Of a DNA stretch of 19,850 bases, positions 16,618 to 19,850 are shown piece after piece. Under the pieces are notes generated by a model. The model had not been told where the DNA came from, ran no database searches, and saw only the letters and a program-made list of their open reading frames with translations. The position numbers were made by a program, and so were the translations under genes. This DNA comes from Candidatus Hadarchaeales archaeon (GTDB lineage Archaea > Hadarchaeota > Hadarchaeia > Hadarchaeales > Hadarchaeaceae), in contig JAWCLG010000016.1 in the NCBI GenBank assembly GCA_038851075.1, positions 1-19,850 on the forward strand, given 5' to 3'. Every line of letters starts with the position of its first letter. Positions within the stretch are counted from its first letter, which is position 1.

Positions 16618-17671
16618 ATTTCTTGAAAGTGAGGGCTGCGTAAAGCTGACATGGACAGAGTACTCCGGCACAGATTTCATCAGCTACGGAGTGTACAGGT
16701 CCATGGCTTCAGGAGACATCGGAGAGCTTGAGAACACCATTGCGGACAGCAGGAAGACCTCGACGATGCAGTTTGATCTTTCGCCTGAAGTAACTTACTA
16801 CTTCACCATAAGGGTCAACCGTTCAGGGGCGGCTCCCATCGATTCCAATCAGGTTGGGTTCCAGCTGCCTGAAAAGGAGAAAGAAAACGTGCCCGGAGGA
16901 GGGGAGAATCAACCGCCAGGCAGGTCAGGGCCTTACTACCATCAGATATACTCCGCAACGTCCACCGACGGAATAAACTGGACCTTCAACGAGAACCTCA
17001 TCTTCGACCACGCCTCGGTTCCGGGGGCGGTTTACTTTAACGGAAAGCTCTATGTCTACTTCGTGAATGCTTCGGATCCAGAGCACGAGAAGCTGAGTGT
17101 GGGCATCAGCGAGGACCGCGGCAGGACTTTCACGGTTCATGACATCCACATCAGCGGCTCAAACAGTCCGTATCCTGTGGACCCGAACCCAATAATAGAT
17201 GGAAACAAGATAAGACTCACTTACCTCGGCAACCTCAGAAATCCCATAAATATAGTCACGGCGTCTTCCACGGACGGAATTAACTTCACCGAAGACGCCG
17301 TGATATTCACCGCGCAGGGGAGGACCAGCGTATTCGATCCGGACCTCTTCTACGACGATGTTGCGGGAGAGTGGGTGCTCCTGATGAACCCGGGTCAGGG
17401 TCTGATAAAGGCGGTGGGATCGTCATCTACTTCGACATTTGTGATTGACCCAAGTTTCAGCTGGGTGGAGGGCAGCATATCCTCCACGGTGAAGATAGGA
17501 AACAAGTTCTACACGTACTACGCCTGGGGAGGGACATCAATCGCTGAGTACTCCAACGGCAGGCTCACGGTTGTGGCCAGGATGGTGGTGGACGGTGGAG
17601 ATCCTACCGTTGCGATATTCGGACCGAACGATTACATCATGTTCGTAAAGAGGATTGTTGAGCCTTCCTAA
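16436..17671 (+). CDS. Gene B2: paralogue of B1 (N-terminal anchor, FN3-like domain, beta-propeller)
   Basis: The first ~61 aa are nearly identical to B1, followed by a divergent FN3 (LSPEVTYYFTIR) and propeller (STDGINW, ASVP, SEDRGRTF, VDP, STDGINF, FDPD). Confidence 0.8.
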   Translation: MDSHGAAAGLIVAVVVIVALVACLGYFFILRPAEQGGGAPQGENEPGGGQGGEPSISLTVQFLESEGCVKLTWTEYSGTDFISYGVYRSMASGDIGELENTIADSRKTSTMQFDLSPEVTYYFTIRVNRSGAAPIDSNQVGFQLPEKEKENVPGGGENQPPGRSGPYYHQIYSATSTDGINWTFNENLIFDHASVPGAVYFNGKLYVYFVNASDPEHEKLSVGISEDRGRTFTVHDIHISGSNSPYPVDPNPIIDGNKIRLTYLGNLRNPINIVTASSTDGINFTEDAVIFTAQGRTSVFDPDLFYDDVAGEWVLLMNPGQGLIKAVGSSSTSTFVIDPSFSWVEGSISSTVKIGNKFYTYYAWGGTSIAEYSNGRLTVVARMVVDGGDPTVAIFGPNDYIMFVKRIVEPS

Positions 17672-17681
17672 GTTGGATAAA

Positions 17682-17943
17682 TTATCTTCTTTCAACCTCG
17701 ATCACGCTGATATAGCACTGCCAGTCCGGCTGCTCTCCTCCAGACGCCATAAAGGTGCACACGTCGTAAGAAACATAGATTTTGTTTTCAACTTTAATGA
17801 TCCATGGCCGATTAGCGCTTGACGTGGTGCTGGGCTCCGTGTCCCGGTACTGAGCATATGCCAGACGATGCCCACAGCGGCTCCAAATGCGACGACAACC
17901 AAGACTGGGATCACGCTCTTCGCTTGACTCCCTCCCGACCCGT
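17682..17943 (-). pseudogene. Internally deleted remnant of a membrane-anchored protein gene
   Basis: A TM segment (VIPVLVVVAFGAAVGIVWHML) is joined out of frame to a blade-like C-terminus, SANRPWIIKVENKIYVSYDV...DWQCYISVIEVERR*, ending at TAA 17684-17682. Upstream is a GAGGCGA SD-like site with ACG where an ATG might be expected. Confidence 0.6.
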
Positions 17944-17951
17944 TAATCGCC

Positions 17952-19850
17952 TCAGCTCGGGCTGAACCTCAGCAGTCTGTTGGAAAACTTGAACTCTCCG
18001 ACCCAGAGGTAGCTGCCGTCAAAGGAGAGGCCTGCAGGGTTGTAGAATCTGTTTCTCCCTATGGCGGGCTGATATGCGGTGCCGCTCATCTGCCCCAGAA
18101 TCGCGTCCGGCGGTGCTTTGCTTGAGGCAGATTCAATATCCTCCCATACCAGCACGCGGTTGTATCCTGTATCTGCGATGAACAGGTGCCCGTCTTTGAC
18201 TGCCGCAGCCTGCGGGAGGTTGAATCCCGCGCCGCCGACCGAGAAATCCGGCTGAGCGTTCGCGGATAGATTTGCCACCCTGTAAACATCAACCGAGTGA
18301 CCGTATATCTTATCAACGAGCAGGTATTCTCCATCAGAGTCCAAGCGCCAGGGGTCATTCGTGTTTATCGTGAACTTGGGGAGAGGGTTGAGGTTCTCGT
18401 CCGGCAGTCCCTCCCATATGTAAATCTTATCCGCACCGTAGTCCGACAGGTAGAAATAGCGGCCGTCCATGGCCACCCCCCTCAGTTCCTGAAATGTTAT
18501 CTCGCCTATTCTGTTGTTGATGATGACATCCGGAAAATTGCCGCTGAGCGGGAGGCTCTTCCATATGTAAAAGCTTCTCTCTCCCGCGATTGCGAGAGCG
18601 TTCTCCCAGAGCGCAATGTCGCACGGCTGCACCGGAGGGACTGCATTTTTGAAGTTGTATACTATGTCCGGATATGCGCCGCTCTCGTCCGGAATATTTT
18701 TCCAGACGTACAGCTTCCGGTCGAAGTCGGAGACAACGAAGAGGTTCCTCCCGTTGGAGGCGGGAACTCCGTTCTGTATGAAGTAGTTGGCGTCAAGGGT
18801 GTTCGTCTGGAGGTCTTGAGCTCCTATGATGAAATCCGGCTCCTGGTTCTGCGAGGTCGGAACCGAGTTGTAACCTATGACTCTGTTCATATTGCCCTGG
18901 GAGATATAGATTCGGTTGCCCGCAACAGCCACGCTTTCATAGTCCCCTGCGAAGAGCTGGGCGCTTCTGAGCTCAAGCACCGTGTCTGCCTCATCATCTT
19001 TGCTCTGCGGAAACGAGTTCCATATCCTCAGCTCCGGGCGTTCTCCACCGAGGAGCAGGAGTTTCCCATCGCTTAGAAATGCTCCCCGCAGCCAGCCGAA
19101 TCCCTTTGACATGAAGAAGTCATAGGGTTGATCATCGGTGGTGGGGAATGTGCTCCAGAAGAAGGATCCGTGGCTGTGTTCTCCCTCCACGTTGGCGTTG
19201 TGATCTCCAACTATCAGGCAGTTGCCATCGCTGGTTATGTGCCTTGGCGTCCCCATGTCTCCACCTCCAGTGAGCACTATATCCGCCCGCTGGTTGTCCC
19301 GCGTGGGAAATGTGTTCCAGATCAGTACAGATCCTCCTGCCCATGTGTTGCTCACCACCAGCTTTTGGCCGTTGGTCCACACGCACCAGGACCCTCCCGG
19401 CAGATCGCTCTCCCCCCGTGGTGTCCAGTATGACCCTCCGCCCTCGAGCACGATGTCCGCAGGGGCAGCGTTCTGGGCAGGCATGCTGTTCCATATGAGA
19501 ATGCGGGCGTTGTTGACGTCTGCAACCACTAAATGTGTCCCGTCCGTGGCAACGCCGAAAGGCCAGTTGAGCTGGTTTCTGCCGGTGCCGGGGTTATTTG
19601 ACGTGAAGTCCGGTTGCCCGAGCACGAGGTCTGGCGGCACGTTTCCGGCAGGCAGGGTGTTCCAGACGAGCACCCTGTTGTTGAATGTGTCGGCGAGGAA
19701 AAGCCGCTGACCGTCGGTTGCTATCCCAGACGGGTGATTAAACAGGAGAGGCCCGCCGGTGTTGTTGAAGTCTATCCCTGAGAGCATGATATCCGCATCC
19801 TGACCCGTGTGGAACCAGCCTGAAGTTTCTCCGCCGGTAGTCCTGTATGC
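17952..19850 (-). CDS. NHL-repeat beta-propeller protein, 5' end outside the window
   Basis: Repeated P-x-G-I/V-A-T-D-G...L-F/V-x-AD...N-x-R-V/I-L-x-W units, with PDLVLGQPDF-type motifs. The frame stays open from ATG 19787 to the window edge (AYRTTGGETSGWFHTGQDADI). Confidence 0.85.
   Translation of the reverse strand, partial: AYRTTGGETSGWFHTGQDADIMLSGIDFNNTGGPLLFNHPSGIATDGQRLFLADTFNNRVLVWNTLPAGNVPPDLVLGQPDFTSNNPGTGRNQLNWPFGVATDGTHLVVADVNNARILIWNSMPAQNAAPADIVLEGGGSYWTPRGESDLPGGSWCVWTNGQKLVVSNTWAGGSVLIWNTFPTRDNQRADIVLTGGGDMGTPRHITSDGNCLIVGDHNANVEGEHSHGSFFWSTFPTTDDQPYDFFMSKGFGWLRGAFLSDGKLLLLGGERPELRIWNSFPQSKDDEADTVLELRSAQLFAGDYESVAVAGNRIYISQGNMNRVIGYNSVPTSQNQEPDFIIGAQDLQTNTLDANYFIQNGVPASNGRNLFVVSDFDRKLYVWKNIPDESGAYPDIVYNFKNAVPPVQPCDIALWENALAIAGERSFYIWKSLPLSGNFPDVIINNRIGEITFQELRGVAMDGRYFYLSDYGADKIYIWEGLPDENLNPLPKFTINTNDPWRLDSDGEYLLVDKIYGHSVDVYRVANLSANAQPDFSVGGAGFNLPQAAAVKDGHLFIADTGYNRVLVWEDIESASSKAPPDAILGQMSGTAYQPAIGRNRFYNPAGLSFDGSYLWVGEFKFSNRLLRFSPS

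Noticed and set aside
15-19710. Numerous antisense or alternate-frame ORFs (e.g. 2240-2992, 8287-8928, 18297-19076)
   Set aside because: They overlap well-supported genes and have no family motifs; shadow ORFs are expected at this GC content.

Overview
Archaeal genomic window, judged from TATA-box promoters, GGTGA/GGAGG Shine-Dalgarno sites, a split GMP synthase and archaeal-type PyrB/PyrI/PyrF. The lineage cannot be fixed from sequence alone. The left two-thirds (1-12530) is a nucleotide-biosynthesis cluster: a DUF711/ACT pair, GMP synthase subunit B, IMP dehydrogenase, an MFS transporter, a bacterial-type bifunctional PurH that appears to start at CTG, and a translationally coupled pyrF-E-B-I-K-C-D operon. 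The right third (12530-19850) is an accessory array of predicted membrane-anchored or secreted beta-propeller proteins with clear signs of reshuffling. It is built as two tandem units of [pyrF 5' end + TATA]-[gene A, C-terminally anchored propeller]-[gene B, N-terminally anchored FN3 + propeller]. The two B genes share a 218-nt block (promoter + anchor + linker; 3 mismatches) and then diverge abruptly. Three deletion scars remain: a collapsed gene A, a ghost pyrF N-terminus with its promoter, and a collapsed anchored gene downstream of an NHL-repeat gene. This may be a constant-anchor/variable-ectodomain cassette-exchange locus docked at pyrF, but no recombinase is visible in the window.
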